Assembly: GCF_004010195.1 (NCBI RefSeq)
Contig: NC_057753.1
Location: 4,983,156 to 5,047,155 of the forward strand
Origin: Chiloscyllium plagiosum
Lineage: Eukaryota
Length of the DNA stretch: 64,000 nt
Direction: 5' to 3'
The notes below the pieces were generated by a model, which had not been told where the DNA came from, ran no database searches, and worked only from the letters and a program-made list of their open reading frames with translations. Position numbers and translations under genes: made by a program. Positions 36,481-49,904 of the stretch are shown piece after piece (position 1 is the stretch's first letter; the number at the start of each line of letters is the position of its first letter).

Positions 36481-38214
36481 CATTCGCCTTTCACACCCAA
36501 CATCTTACTGAGGAGGCAGAGCAGGGAAGCAAAGGTGGCAATTCGTGCTGTCCATACCCTGTCATCGCATGGGACATCCTGTGCCCGAAGATTCGTGGTT
36601 CTGTTCAGTCACAGGGCAGAAACTCACAACCCAGAGACAACAGCATCCTCAAATCGAGGGACTGCTGACCAAGACAAGGGGCAGTGTACGACAGGGCGCA
36701 TGCATGCTCATTTCTAGGCGAGGAGATCAGAAAGTTGTGAACTTCTATCCTTCACTGATTACAGTCATACAGCACAGAAACAGACCCTTTGGTCCAACCA
36801 GTCCATGCCAACCATAATCCCAAACTAAACTGGTTCCACCTGCCCGCGCTTGGCCCATATCCCTACAAACATTTCTTATTCATGTACTTATCTAAATATC
36901 TTTTAAACATGGTACCATAACCTGCATCCACTACTTCCTCTGGAAGTTCATTCCACTCATGAACCACTCTCTTTGGAAAAAAAATTGCACCCAGTGCCTT
37001 TTTAAAATCTTTTTCTTCTCACCTTAAAAATATGCCCCCTAGTCTTGAAATTAATAATATCCTTCTAAAACAGGGCAATCAGAATTGGATTACTCCAGAA
37101 TGTGCTGTACGACCTCAATTGATTTTGGAAACTTGATTCATTTTGTAAACTTCTTTTCCAGAATATTAAAAGAAGATTTGAAGAAGGAAACTCAAACCAA
37201 ACATCACATCAAAAACGTGGCAGGATTATTCAGGCTTTGAGTGTAAGTGTCTATTTCCTGGTCATTACAAATTGCTACAAATCACTTACATCTTCCACCT
37301 TCCATAAGTAAATCTCACCCAAAATCATAAATCTCTGTCTGTAATTCTTTTCATAATTAGGCAATGAGAAAAATACTTTTCTCGATCTTTCTTACCACTA
37401 TCAAAATCTCTAGCTTCTATCAAATCTCCCCTCAATGTCCTTTGCCGCAAGAATTATCTTAGTTTCTGCAAACCCATGATTCCCTCATGCTTATCCACAA
37501 TCTAATCTAATCTTTATAGCTCAGACTGTTCAGCTCAGTTAGCATCTTGGTATATCAGTCATAGAGATACAGCATGGAAACAGACTCTTCGGTCCAACCT
37601 GTCCATACCGACCAGATATCCCAACCCAATCTAGTCCCACCTGCCAGCACCCGGCCCATATCCCTCCAAACCTTCCTATCCATGCCCCTCATAATTTTGT
37701 AAACCTCTATAAGGTCACCCCTTAGCCTCCAACGCTCCAGCAGCTGAAGGGAATAGTGTTCTCTTATCTATCTTATAGAAAATCGTCATAAAAGTGTGCG
37801 CCTTTGACAAATATCACCTCAGCCTCTTTCTTCAGAGGAAGCAACCTGACTTTCATGAACTCAACACTACAATGAGAATCCTTCACCACCAAACATTCTT
37901 GTTAATCTCTTCTGCCACCTATCAGGGACCCTCCAATCCTTCACGTCTGGATTGCACAGACTGAGATACTCTGTGTTCCTGTGTGAGATGTTATCACGTA
38001 CTGACACAATGACATCGTCTGCTCCCTGGGATTTCCTCTACTGTGAGATTTTTTTTTCTCTGACTCCAGTGCTTCTGAAAACTTTCAAGCTACAGAACTC
38101 CAGCAGGAGATTTTAACATTGAAAACTGCGATTGTTTCAGAGGTGAACTTTTCTTGACCATTCATTCCCAATTTTGACCGTTTTGTCCTGTCCTTTCTTA
38201 CCTGTAAGATGTTC

Positions 38215-39665
38215 CTTAACAGATGTCTTTGTAGCATCCTCGAACACGGGTGAAGTCCCGGAGGACTGGAGAATTGCTAATATTGTCCCCTTGTTTAAGG
38301 GTAGCTGGGATAATCCAGGTAATTATAGACCAGTGAGTCTGACGTCAGTGATATGGAAGCTGCTGGAGAAGATACTGAGGGATAGGGTCTATTTACATTT
38401 CGGCTTATTAGTGATAGGCAGCATGGTTTTGTGCAGGGAAGATCATGTCTTCCTAACTTAATAGAATTCTTTGAGGAAGTGACGAAGTTGATCGATGACG
38501 GAAGGGCTGTAGATGTCACACACATGGACTTCAGTAAGGCATTTGATAAAGTTCCCCATGGTAGTTTGATGGAGAAAGTGAAGTTGCAAGGGGTCCAGGG
38601 TGTACTAGCTCGATGGATAGAGAACTGGCTGGGCAGCACAAGACAGAGAGTAATAGTGGAAGGGAGTTACTCAAAATGGAGAACTGTAACCAGTGGTGCT
38701 CCACAGGAATCTGTGCTGGGACCACCATTGTTTGTGATCTCCATAAATGATCTGGAGGAAGGTATAGGTGGTCTGATTAGCAATTTTGCAGATGACACTA
38801 AGATTGGTGGAGTAGCAGATAATGAACGGGACTGTCAGAGAATGCAGCAGAATATTGATAAACTGGAGAGTTGGGCGGAGAAATGGAGTTCAATCCCAGC
38901 AAATGCGAGGTGATGCATTTTGGCAGACCCAATTCAAGAGCGAACTATACAGTAATTGGAAAAGCCCTGGGGAAAATTGATGTGCAGAGAGATCTGGGTG
39001 TTCAGGTCTATTGTACTCTGAAGGTGGCAATGCAGTTCGATTGAGTGGTCAAGAAGGCATACGGCGTGCTTTCCTTATTCAGACGGGGTATTGAGTACAA
39101 GAGTCGGCAGGTCATGTTACAGTTGCATAGGACTTTGGTTCGGCCACATTTGGAATACCACGTACAGTTCTGGTCACCACATTACCAAAAGGATGTGGGC
39201 GCTTTGGAGAGGGTGCAGAGGAGGTTCACCAGGATGTTGCCTGGTATAGAGGGTGCGAGCTATGAAGAGAGGTTGAGTAGTTTAAGATTATTTTCATTAG
39301 AAAGACGGAAGTTGACGGGGGACCTGATTGAGGTGTACAACATCGTGAGAGATATAGACAGGGCGGATAGCAGGAAGCTTTTTCCCAGACTGGGGGAACC
39401 CAATTACTAGGGGTCACGAGTTCAAGGTGAGAGGGAAAATGTTTAAGGGAGTTCTTTACACAGAGGGTGGGTACCTGGAACACGTTGCCAGCGGAGGTGG
39501 TAATGGCGGGGACGATAGAGTCATTTAAGATGTGTCTCGACAAATACATGAGTGGGCAGGGAGCAGAGGGGTACAGACAGGTTTAGATAGAGGACCTGGA
39601 TTGGTGCAGGCTCGGAGGGCCAAAGGGCATGTTCCTGTGCTGTAATTTTCTTTGTTCTTTGTTCT
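38215..39665 (+). mobile_element. CR1 LINE RT and 3' end (second subfamily)
   Basis: [37 protein letters not shown] and HLEYHVQFWSP; (TTCTTTG)n tail. Confidence 0.9.
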
Positions 39666-39905
39666 TAAATGTTCCATAGCTCTGGGGCTGTCATTAGCTC
39701 CTTTACCATGGATCTGAAGTGACATCCACACATTGCTCTGTTTCACCTCTGCCTTCCCTGATCATCTCTCTGCTATTTACTAATTTCATCTGTCGTTAAT
39801 GACAGTATTCTTTAGCAAGGTTGTGTATATGTTTGGTATGCTTTCCTTTATTGGTCAGACTATTGGGTACAGGAGTTGGGAGGTCATGTTGCGGCTGTAC
39901 AGGAC

Positions 39906-42255
39906 ACACCTGCCATCACCCGGCCCATATCCCTTCAAACCCTTCCTATTCATATACCCATCCAAATACCTCTTAAATGTTACATTTGTACCAGCTTCCA
40001 CCACCATCCTCTGGCAGCTCATTCCATACATGCACCACCCTCTGTGAGAAAAAGGTACCCCTTAGGTCTCTTTTATATCTTTCCCCTCTCACCTAAACCT
40101 ATGCCCTCTCGTTCTGGACTCCCCGATCCCAGGGAAAAGACTTTGTCTATTTATCCTATCCATGCCCCTCATAATTTTGTAAACCTCTATAAGGTCACCC
40201 CTCAGCCTCCGACACTCCAGGGAAAGCAGCCCCAGCCTGTTCAGCCTCTCCCTGTAGCTCAGATCTTCCAACCCTAGCAACATCCTTGTAAATCTTTTCT
40301 GAACCCAATCAAGTTTCACAACATCTTTCTGATAGGAAGGAGACCAGAATTGCACACAATATTCCAACAGTGGCCTAACCAATGTCCCGTACAGCCGCAA
40401 CATGACCACCCAACTCCTGTACTCAATACTCTGACCAATAAAGGAAAGCATATCAAACGCCTTCTTCACTATCCTATCTACCTGCGACTCCACTTTCAAG
40501 GAGCTATGAACCTGCACTCCAAGGTCTCTTTGTTCAGCAACACTCCTCAGGACCTTAAAATTAAGTGTATAAGTCCTGCTAAGATTTGCTTTCCCAAAAT
40601 GCAGCACCTCGCATTTATCTGAATTAAACTCCATCGGCTACTTCTCAGCCCATCTGGTCCAGATCCTGTTGTAATCTGAAGTAACCCTCTTCGCTGTCCA
40701 CTACACCTCCAATTTTGGTGTCATCTGCAAACTTACTAACTATACTTCTTATGCTCGCATCCAAATCAAGTATGTAAATGACAAAAAGTAGAGGACCCAG
40801 CACCGATCCTTGTGGCACTCCACTGGTCACAGGCCTCCAGTCTGAAAAACAACCCTCCACCACCACCCTCTGTCTTCTACCTTTGAGCCAGTTCTGTATC
40901 CAAANNNNNNNNNNNNNNNNNNNNNNNNNNNNNNNNNNNNNNNNNNNNNNNNNNNNNNNNNNNNNNNNNNNNNNNNNNNNNNNNNNNNNNNNNNNNNNNN
41001 NNNNNNNNNNNNNNNNNNNNNNNNNNNNNNNNNNNNNNNNNNNNNNNNNNNNNNNNNNNNNNNNNNNNNNNNNNNNNNNNNNNNNNNNNNNNNNNNNNNN
41101 NNNNNNNNNNNNNNNNNNNNNNNNNNNNNNNNNNNNNNNNNNNNNNNNNNNNNNNNNNNNNNNNNNNNNNNNNNNNNNNNNNNNNNNNNNNNNNNNNNNN
41201 NNNNNNNNNNNNNNNNNNNNNNNNNNNNNNNNNNNNNNNNNNNNNNNNNNNNNNNNNNNNNNNNNNNNNNNNNNNNNNNNNNNNNNNNNNNNNNNNNNNN
41301 NNNNNNNNNNNNNNNNNNNNNNNNNNNNNNNNNNNNNNNNNNNNNNNNNNNNNNNNNNNNNNNNNNNNNNNNNNNNNNNNNNNNNNNNNNNNNNNNNNNN
41401 NNNNNNNCCCTTTGGATTCTCCTTAATTCTATTTGTCAAAGTTATCTCATGTCCCTTTTTGCACTCCTGATTTCCCTCTTAAGTATACTCCTACTTCCTT
41501 TATACTCTTCTGAGGATTTACTCGATCTATCCTGTCTATACCTGACATATGCTTCCTTCTTTTTCTTAACCAAACCCTCAATTTCTTTAATCATCCAGCA
41601 TTCCCTATACCTACCAGCCTTCCCTTTCACCCTGGGTTCTTTCTCTGGATTCTTGTTATCTCATTTCTGAAGGCTTCCCATTTTCCAGCCGTCCCTTTAC
41701 CTGCGAACATCTGCCTCGAATCAGCTTTCGAAAGTTGTTGCCTAATACCTTCAAAATTGGCCTTTCTCCAATTTAGAACTTCAACTTTTAGATCTGGTCT
41801 ATCCTTTTCCATCACTATTTTAAAACAAATAGAATTATGGTCGCTGGCCCCAAAGTGCTCCCCCACTGACACCTCAGTCACCTGCCCTGCCTTATTTCCC
41901 AAGAGTAGGTCAAGTTTTGCACCTTCTCTAGTAGGTACATCTACATACTGAATCAGAAAATCGTCTTGTACACACTTAAGAAGTTCCTCTCCATCTAAAC
42001 CTTTAACACTGTGGCAGTCCCAGTCAATGTTTGGAAAATTAAAATCCCCTACCATAACTACCCTATTATGCTTTCAGATAGCTGAGATCTCCTTACAAAT
42101 TTGTTTCTAAATTTCCCTCTGACTATTAGGGGGTCTATAGTACAATCCCAATAAGGTGATCATCCCTTTCTTATTTCTCAGTTCCACCCAAATAACTTCC
42201 CTGGATGTATTTCCGGGAATATCCTCCCTCAGCACAGCTGTCAAGCTATCCCTTT
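39906..42255 (-). mobile_element. CR1/HER1 LINE ORF2 (APE-RT) spanning an assembly gap
   Basis: [32 protein letters not shown] and YCVQFWSP. Confidence 0.9.
40905..41407. other. Assembly gap (N run, ~500 nt)
   Basis: Run of n characters. Confidence 1.
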
Positions 42256-42807
42256 TTAAAATCACATTCTTAAGCTACTGGAATGTTCCAAGCCCTGTCG
42301 GATGCATGTTAGAAAGCAAAATTTCCACAAGAGATCAGATTGGGTCAGGTGAGGGGGGCGGCTTTGGGAGATTCTGTCAAAGTTCTGGTCGATTTGAAGG
42401 CACATAAAACCCATCTACTTCATGCTTGGCATCTCCTTCAACTTGTTTTCTCTATCTACTTTCTCTGTCACTTTGTCTGCCTATGTCCACCACCCCCCCT
42501 CTCCCCCCCGCGTCCCTTCTCTCTCAGCCTCTCTACTCTCAGAGGCCAGATTCTAATAGCAGGGTGGCAGGTTCCTTACTCTGAAGGACATTGCTGAACC
42601 ATTCGGGGCTTTACAACAATCCAGCAGCTTTCAGAGTCAGCGCCAGTCAGTTCCATTTCACAAACGGGCTTTATATTGTCTGACTCCCTTTTTCCTGTTT
42701 TGAATCACTTTCACAGGGGATTGAAAGAGGGGGATTTGCAGCCGAGAAGCGGTACCAAACGTCTCGGCAGGATCTGACGCAGCCTGGAATATCGTCGGAC
42801 TTGGAAC

Positions 42808-43761
42808 ATGGAAGGCAAAAGCGAAGCTCTCGGTGGGACGAAACCATACGTGTGTCCCGTGTGCGGACGGGATTTCAACCAATCAACCAGTCTGTCAGGA
42901 CATGAATGTAGTCACGACAGGGAGAAACCGTGGACATGTGGGGACTGCGGGAAGGGATTCATTTCCCCGTCGAGGCTGGAGACCCATCGTCGCATTCACA
43001 CCGGGGAGAGGCCGTTCGCCTGCACTGAATGTGGGAAGGGATTCACTCAGTTGTCCAACCTGCTGAGACACCGGCGGGTTCACACTGACGAGAGACCGTT
43101 TAAATGCCCAGACTGCGGCAAGAGCTACAAAAGCTCCGGGGAACTAATATGCCACCAACGCGTTCACACCGACGAGCGACCGTTCAAGTGCTCTCACTGC
43201 GGCGCTGGGTTCAGATGGTCATCTCAACTCATCGAGCACCAGCGGGTTCACACCGGGGAGAGGCCCTTCACCTGCTCCGAGTGTGGGAAAGGATTCACTC
43301 ACTTATCCAACCTCCAGACCCACCAGCGCATCCACGTCGGCGAGAAACCGTTCGCTTGCTCTGACTGCGGGAAGGGATTCACTCAACTATCCCACCTACT
43401 CACGCACCAGCGGGTCCACACCGGGGAGAGGCCGTTCACCTGCTCCGAGTGCGGGAAAGGGTTCACTGCGTCCTCCATCCTTATGGCGCACCAGCGGGTT
43501 CACACCAATGAGACCCCGTTCAGGTGCTCGCAGTGCGGGACTGGATTCAAACACTCGTCGAACCTCACCGTACACCAGAGGGTTCACAGCGGGGAGAGGC
43601 CATTCACCTGCTCCAAGTGCGGGAAGGGCTTCACTCAGTCCTCCCACCTGCTGACACACCAGCGGGTTCACACCGGGGAGAGGCCATTCACCTGCTCCAC
43701 GTGTGGGAAGGGCTTCACTTGTTCATCCCACCTGCTGAGGCACCAGCGGGTTCACGAGTAA
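42808..43761 (+). CDS. Tandem C2H2 zinc-finger protein C (317 aa, 11 fingers)
   Basis: Intact ORF starting MEGK; acceptor ..cactttcacag|g at 42717; in-frame TGA at 42775-42777. Confidence 0.9.
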   Translation: MEGKSEALGGTKPYVCPVCGRDFNQSTSLSGHECSHDREKPWTCGDCGKGFISPSRLETHRRIHTGERPFACTECGKGFTQLSNLLRHRRVHTDERPFKCPDCGKSYKSSGELICHQRVHTDERPFKCSHCGAGFRWSSQLIEHQRVHTGERPFTCSECGKGFTHLSNLQTHQRIHVGEKPFACSDCGKGFTQLSHLLTHQRVHTGERPFTCSECGKGFTASSILMAHQRVHTNETPFRCSQCGTGFKHSSNLTVHQRVHSGERPFTCSKCGKGFTQSSHLLTHQRVHTGERPFTCSTCGKGFTCSSHLLRHQRVHE

Positions 43762-43979
43762 CTGCCGTGATCGGATGGTGTTAATTCAGACACTGGAGCG
43801 ATTTAATATTGATAAGGAAAGGCTGTTGGATCTGTTGCCTGCCCTTAAACTTAATAAGGCACTGGGACTGGATGAGATGTATCCAGGGATGGTGACAGTA
43901 AGTAAGGGCTGAAATTGGAGACGCTCTAGCCATCAGTTTTCATACCTCCTCACACTCGGGCGACTCTAGAAGACTGAAG

Positions 43980-44280
43980 GTGGCACGGTGGCTCAGTGGT
44001 AAGCACTGCTGCCTCACAGCGCCAGGGACCCGGGTTTGATTCCAGCCTCTGGGCGACTGTCTGTGTGGAGTTTGCACATTCTCCCTGTGTCTGTGTGGGT
44101 TTCCTGTGGATGCTCTGGTTTCCTCCCACAATCCAAAGATGTGCAGGTCAGGGTGAATTGGCCTTGCTAAATTGCCCACACTAAATTGCCCACAGTGTTA
44201 GGTGCATTCGTTAGAGGGAAATGGGTCGGTGTGGACTGGTTGGGCCGAAGGGCCTGTTTCCACACTGTAGGGAATCTAAT
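43980..44280 (+). mobile_element. HE1-type V-SINE
   Basis: A/B boxes, V core and LINE-type tail; small duplication of CTAAATTGCCCACA. Confidence 0.9.
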
Positions 44281-44835
44281 GTTTAAAAAAAAGCCTGCAA
44301 TTTCTTTCTTATGCCCTTGTCCAAAAATGAATGTAAAGGTAAACCCCGCAGCTACAGACCAATCAAGTTGATTTTGTTGCTTGGGAAACTTGGAGAAGCA
44401 CACATTTGGGATAAGGGAGAGTTAGCATCAATTTCTTAAGGCAAAATCATGTTCAATTAACTTGCTGGAGTCTTTTTGAAGAGGTAACAGTCTGTGATTG
44501 AAGAGGGCAAGGCTATCGATGTGTACATGGACCTATGTGCAAAACTGGAGCACATGGATTAACAGGGACAGTAACAACATGGAGACAGAACTAGCTGAGT
44601 GGGAGGGAACCTGACTGTCCTGTTTCATGGGTGTTTTTCAAGCCAGAGGAATGTTTGAGGTTGAGTTTTCCAAGGGTCAGTATTGAGGCAGGTGCTTTGT
44701 CATAAAGATATTGTTGTGAATTGATTTTTTAAAATAAAATCTTAATGTATTAAACAGTCCAACAATCACTCAATATAAATACAAAGGTAACTGCTATGAT
44801 CATGTGACTAGACCTAGCGGTAAACGTCCAGAGGC

Positions 44836-45410
44836 CGTACAGGACATTAGATAGGTCTCTGTTGGAATATTGCGTGCAATTCTGGTCCCCTTCCTATCGG
44901 AAAGATGTTGTGAAACTTGAAAGGGTTCAGAAAAGATTTACAAGGATGTTGCCAGGGTTGGAGGATCTGAGCTATAGGGAGAGGTTGAACAGGCTGGGGC
45001 TGTTTTCCCTGGAGCGTCGGAGGCTGAGGGGTGACCTTTATAGAGGTTTACAAAATTATGAGGGGCATGGTTAGGGTAAATAGACAAAGTCTTTTCCATG
45101 GAGTGGGGGAGCCCAGAACTAGAGGGCATAGGTTTAGGGTGAGAGGGGAAAGATATAAAAGAGACCTAAGGGGCAACTTTTTCACACAGAGGGTGGTGCA
45201 TGTATGGAATGAGCTGCCAGAGGAAGTGGTGGAGGCTGGTACAATTGCAACATTTAAAAGGCATCTGGATGAGTATATGAATAGGAAGGGTTTGGAGGGA
45301 TATGGGCTGGGTGCTGGCAGGTGGGTCTAGATTGGGTTGGGATATCTGTTCGGCATGGATGTGTTGGGCCTAAGGGTCTGCTTCTATGCTGTACACCTCT
45401 ATGACTCTAT
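44836..45410 (+). mobile_element. CR1/HER1 LINE 3' fragment
   Basis: EYCVQFWSPSYRKDVVKLERVQ...WNELPEEVVEAG; CTCTATGACTCTAT tail. Confidence 0.9.
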
Positions 45411-45691
45411 AACTCAAGGCAACAGTTATGTACCTCTTGATGGGACTGGGATTGTTAGTGGTGATATAAACTGCCAGATTGTCTCCAATGAAAACAGCAA
45501 TGCACAAGAATTCGAAGTCGTCCCTCACCTGTAAGATGTTAAGAGCTTCACTAAACCTCTGAGATGGGCTAAGAACAGTTGGCTATTTGCATTGCAAGAC
45601 ATTGTCTTGATGGTAACTGTTCCATTCTCACTGCCACCATCCATAAAAGGAGGGGCTTAGTCACGTGATTCCAATATTGCTGAACTCAGCG

Positions 45692-45955
45692 CTTGCAGAG
45701 AGCACAAATACTGATTGCTGGCTTTTTTTTTTAATTAGTGCGAGGTTTTACCTTCATCACGCGAGTTAGAGTTTGGCGATCAACAGGAGATGCTGTGTGA
45801 AATAACATTGAGAATTTTACTGACAGCTATTTCCAAATGTTATTTTACACAGCGTCTCCTGTTGATCGCCAAACTCTAACTCGGGTGATGAAGGTAAAAC
45901 CTCCCACTAATTAGAAAAAAACCAGCCTGCAATCAGTATTTGTGCTCTCTGCAAG
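45692..45955. repeat. Long inverted repeat (arms ~118 bp, 26-nt loop)
   Basis: 45692-45809 is the reverse complement of 45836-45955, with few mismatches and one small indel. Confidence 0.95.
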
Positions 45956-46029
45956 TACTTGCACCAAAATAGTGAAGGAGAATTTTACATTTCAGCAATA
46001 TTCCTCAGATGATATTCATGGTGTTTGTA

Positions 46030-47215
46030 GAGTCCTACAACACAAACTTGCATTTTAGCCCAAACTGGTCCATGCTGACCAAAATGTCCATCCACACTAA
46101 CCCCATTTCCCTGCACTTGGCCCATATCCTTCTAAACCTTTCCTATCCATGTATTTGTCCGAATGCCTTTTAAATGTTGTTAATGTACCTGCCTCAACCA
46201 CTTCCGCTGGCAGCTCATTCCATATGTACCACTCTCTGTGTAAAACATGTTGCCCCTCAGGTTCCCTTTTATTCTTTCCCCTCAAAACTTAAACTGATGC
46301 CCTCTAGTCCTCGATTCCCCAACCCTGGGAAAAAGACTCAGTGCACTCACCCTATCCATGCCTCTCATGATCTTATACACTTCTATAACATCCCTCCCCT
46401 CAGTCTCCTATGCTCTTAAGAAAAAAGTCCTAGCTTGTCCAACCTCTCCCTATAACTCATTGAGTCCAGGCAACATGCTTGTAAATTTCTTCTGCACTCT
46501 TTCCAGTTTAATAACATCCTTCCTATAGTGAGGTGATCAAAACTGAACACAATACACACCAACATCCTGTATAACTGCAACATAACTTCCCAACTTCTAA
46601 ACAGTGCCCTGACTGATGAAAGCCAGTGTACCAAAAGCCTTCTTCACTGCCCTGTCTACCTGTGTCTCCACTTTCAGAGAACCGTGTACCTGAACTCCAA
46701 GGTCCCTCTGTTCCTCTACCCTCCACCATGAAACCCCTACCTTGATTTGATTGTAAGACCTCACATTTTAGATCAGATTGATTCCGTACAGTATGAAAAC
46801 AGGCCCTTTGGCCCAACAGGTCCACACCGACCCTCTGAAGAGTATACCACCCAGACCCATTGCCCTACCCTACATTTACCCCTGACTAATGCATCTAACA
46901 CTATGGGCAATTCACCTGACCGGCACATCTTTGGATTGTGGGAGGAAACCCACGCAGACACAGGGAGAATGTGCAAACTCCACACACAGTCGCCCGAGGC
47001 TGGAATCGAACCTGGTGTCCCTGGCACTGTGAGGCAGGAGGGCTAACCACTGGGCCACCGTGCTGCTCCATATCTATATTAAACTCCATTTGCCATTTCT
47101 TGGCCCACTTCCCCAACTGATCCAAGGTCCAGCTGCAATTTCTGATCACCTTCCTCACTGTCCACGGCACCGCCTATTTTAGTGTCACCTGCAAACTTAC
47201 TCATCATGCCTTGTA
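46030..47215 (-). mobile_element. CR1 fragments with a nested HE1 SINE (~46770-47065)
   Basis: WNELPAEVVEAG and SKFAGDTKIGG; SINE head and tail on the minus strand. Confidence 0.85.
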
Positions 47216-47786
47216 CATTAGAGGCCATTTTAATGCGAATAGAGTGTTCACAGTCCATGAACTGCAGGCTAGCCAACTAACCAAGGGATTCCAGACTGCT
47301 CATTTTCAGCTAAACACACACAGACACTGATAAACTGCTATGCCTCGGTTGTGTTTGCATTTACGTTGCTGCTAATTGACAAATGTCTTTTATTCTTTGA
47401 TCCCCTCTTACACATTTGCAAGTGTGCTGTGTTGTGAATTATCCCCTCGCCAGCAACTGAGAGTATGTCAAATAAAATTTCACTCTGGTTTAAGTTTACC
47501 CCAGTGTTTGCTGAAGTGCTTACAAAGTCAAGGCCCACAAACAGAAGGATAGAGAAAGTAAACCAGCTCTGCTTAAAAACAGGGGGAAGTACTTAAGTCA
47601 CAACCTGCTTATAGACATGTGGGGAAGCTATGGAGAGAAACCAGCTTCAAAATGTGCAAACCATCTGTAACACTCAAAAAGCAAAATGTCCAGGACACCT
47701 TTTCTCCTGGTTTGACTTGCCAAATTGTTCCAGTACAGCGACAACATCTGCCCATCAATGTGGAAACTGATGTTAGCACAGACCAG

Positions 47787-48829
47787 ATGTGGAGGAGTCA
47801 GTGTTGGACTGGGCTGGACAAAGTTAAAAAATCACAACACCAAGTTATAGTCCAACAGGTTTAATTGGAAGCACTAGCTTTCAGAGAACTGCTCCCTCAT
47901 CAGGTGATAGTGGAACATAAGATCATAAGTCACAGAATTTATAGCAAAAACCTGGATTTGTTCAATTAACAAACTTTGGAAATATAGAGTCATAGAGATG
48001 TACAGCACGGAAACAGACCCTTTGGTCCAACCCGTCCATGCCGACCAGATATCCCAACCCAAACTAGTCCCACCTGCCAGCACCCGGCCCATATCCCTCC
48101 AAACCCTTCCTATTCATACACCCATCCAGATGCCTTTTAAATGTTGCAATGGTACCGGCCTCCACCACTTCCTCTGGCAGCTCATTCCATACACGTACCA
48201 CCCTCTTGATGAAAAGGTTGCCCCTGAGGTCTCTTTTATATCTTTCCCCTCTCACCCTAAACCTATGCCCCTAGTTATGGATTCCCTGACCTGAGGGAAA
48301 AGACTTTGTCTATTTATCCTATCCATGCCCCTCATGATTTCGTAAACCTCTATAAGGGCACCCCTCAGCCTCCGACGCTCCAGGGAAAACAGCCCCAGCC
48401 TGTTCACCAGCCTGTTCAGCCTCTCCTTATAGCTCAAATCCTCCAACCCTGGCAACATCCTTGTAAATCTAAAACTAGTTTGCCTCAAGATTGGGACACA
48501 GACAGATTCTGACCTCATACCTTTAATGCATTGTCTGAGCTGAGATGCCACCTTTTGTTAAAAAAACCTTACGTAATCTCGAGAAGGTGACTTAGAAGGA
48601 CTTCTGGGATTTACATAATAGTGAACCAAAACCTGCATTCTAAAAGAAAAAGACTTAACAATCCAGGTTTGTTCAATGTATCGCTGTATGACACTAGTCT
48701 TTTGCTATAAATTCTGTGTCTTATGATCTTATACTCCACAACCACCTGATGAAGGAGCAGCGCTCCGAAAGCTAGTGCTTCCAAATAAACCTGTTGGACG
48801 AGAACCTGGTGTGGTGTGATTTTTAACTT
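47787..48829. mobile_element. PLE-derived element with ~130-bp inverted termini each carrying a hammerhead; CR1 fragment inserted at ~47985-48470
   Basis: 47821-47950 is approximately the reverse complement of 48700-48829. Hammerhead cores at 47875-47903(-) and 48746-48774(+). Confidence 0.8.
48746..48774 (+). ncRNA. Minimal hammerhead ribozyme motif
   Basis: cac-CTGATGA-AGGAGC-AGC-GCTCC-GAA-AGCT-A-gtg: stem I cac/gtg, palindromic AGCU stem III and CUA triplet. Confidence 0.7.
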
Positions 48830-49149
48830 AGTGCCGACAAAAAACAGGACATAACCAACAACAAGAAGCAGAAGTTGCTGGAAAAGCTCAGCAGTCTGGC
48901 AGCCTCCGTGAAGAGAAATCAGATAACATTTCGGGTCCGGTGACCTTTTCTCAGCGTATGTCCAATTACTGTCTCATCGATCTAATGCCAGTCATCAGCA
49001 AACTGGTGCCAAGTGATTTAATAGTGTTATTGAGCAGCATTTACACAGCAATATGCTGCTGACTGGTTCTCAGTTTGGGTTCACCAAGGGCCACTTAACT
49101 CCTGACCCCATTCCAGCCTTGATCCCAACATAGTCTCAGGTGTTTTTTT

Positions 49150-49705
49150 GAGATTTGTAGCTCAGGTTGTAAGTTTGCTCGCTGAGTTGGAAGGTTTGTT
49201 CTCAGAGCTTCGTCACCATGCTAGGTAACATTATCAGAGGGCCTGCAGTGAAGAGCTGATGTTCTGACCCTCTTTCTATTTATGGGTCTTGGTCTGTTAA
49301 GGTGGGTGATATCATTTCCGGTTCTTTTTCCCAGAGATTGGTAAATGGGGTCCATGTCGATGTGTTTATGGATGGAGCTCTGGTTTGAATGCCAGGCCTC
49401 TGGGAATTCCCGTGCGTGTCTTGCTTAGCCCGTCCTGGGATGGATGTGTTGACTTTCGACTGGGATTACACATCCATCCCAGGACGGGCTAAACAGAGAC
49501 ACACACGGGAATTCCTTGAGGCCTGGCATTCAAACCAGAGCTCCATCAAGATGGACCCCATTTACCAATCTCTGAGAAAAAGAACCGGGAATGATATTAC
49601 CCACCTTAAAAAACCAAGACCCATAAATAGAAAGAGGGACAGAACACCACTGTTTCACCAGAGGCTCACTGATCATGTTACCTAGCGTGGTGATAAAACG
49701 TCTGA
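49150..49705. mobile_element. Inverted pair of Penelope 3' fragments
   Basis: ~49210-49450 and ~49469-49700 are inverted copies. Peptide GRAKQRHTREFLEAWHS (GIY-YIG C-terminal part). Degenerate hammerheads at both ends. Confidence 0.8.
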
Positions 49706-49904
49706 GTACAATTTCTTTACTCAAGAGAGTAGTAGAGGGCGTGGAATGCACTGCCTGCAACAGTTATAGACTTGCCAACTTTAAGTGGTCTTTGGTTAGG
49801 CATAGAGATGGGAATGGAATAGTGTAGGTTAGATGGGCTTTGGATTGGTTTCACAGGGCAGCACAAGATTGAGGGCCGAAGGGCCAGTATTGTGCTGTAA
49901 TGTT

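Noticed and set aside
40645-41470. 264-aa and 230-aa ORFs
   Set aside because: Artifacts of translation through the N gap inside a CR1 element.
44700-45670. Possible LTR or TIR element around the CR1 at 44836 (ATCATGTGACTA / TAGTCACGTGAT inverted 12-mers)
   Set aside because: Short imperfect match with no TSD identified; could be chance.
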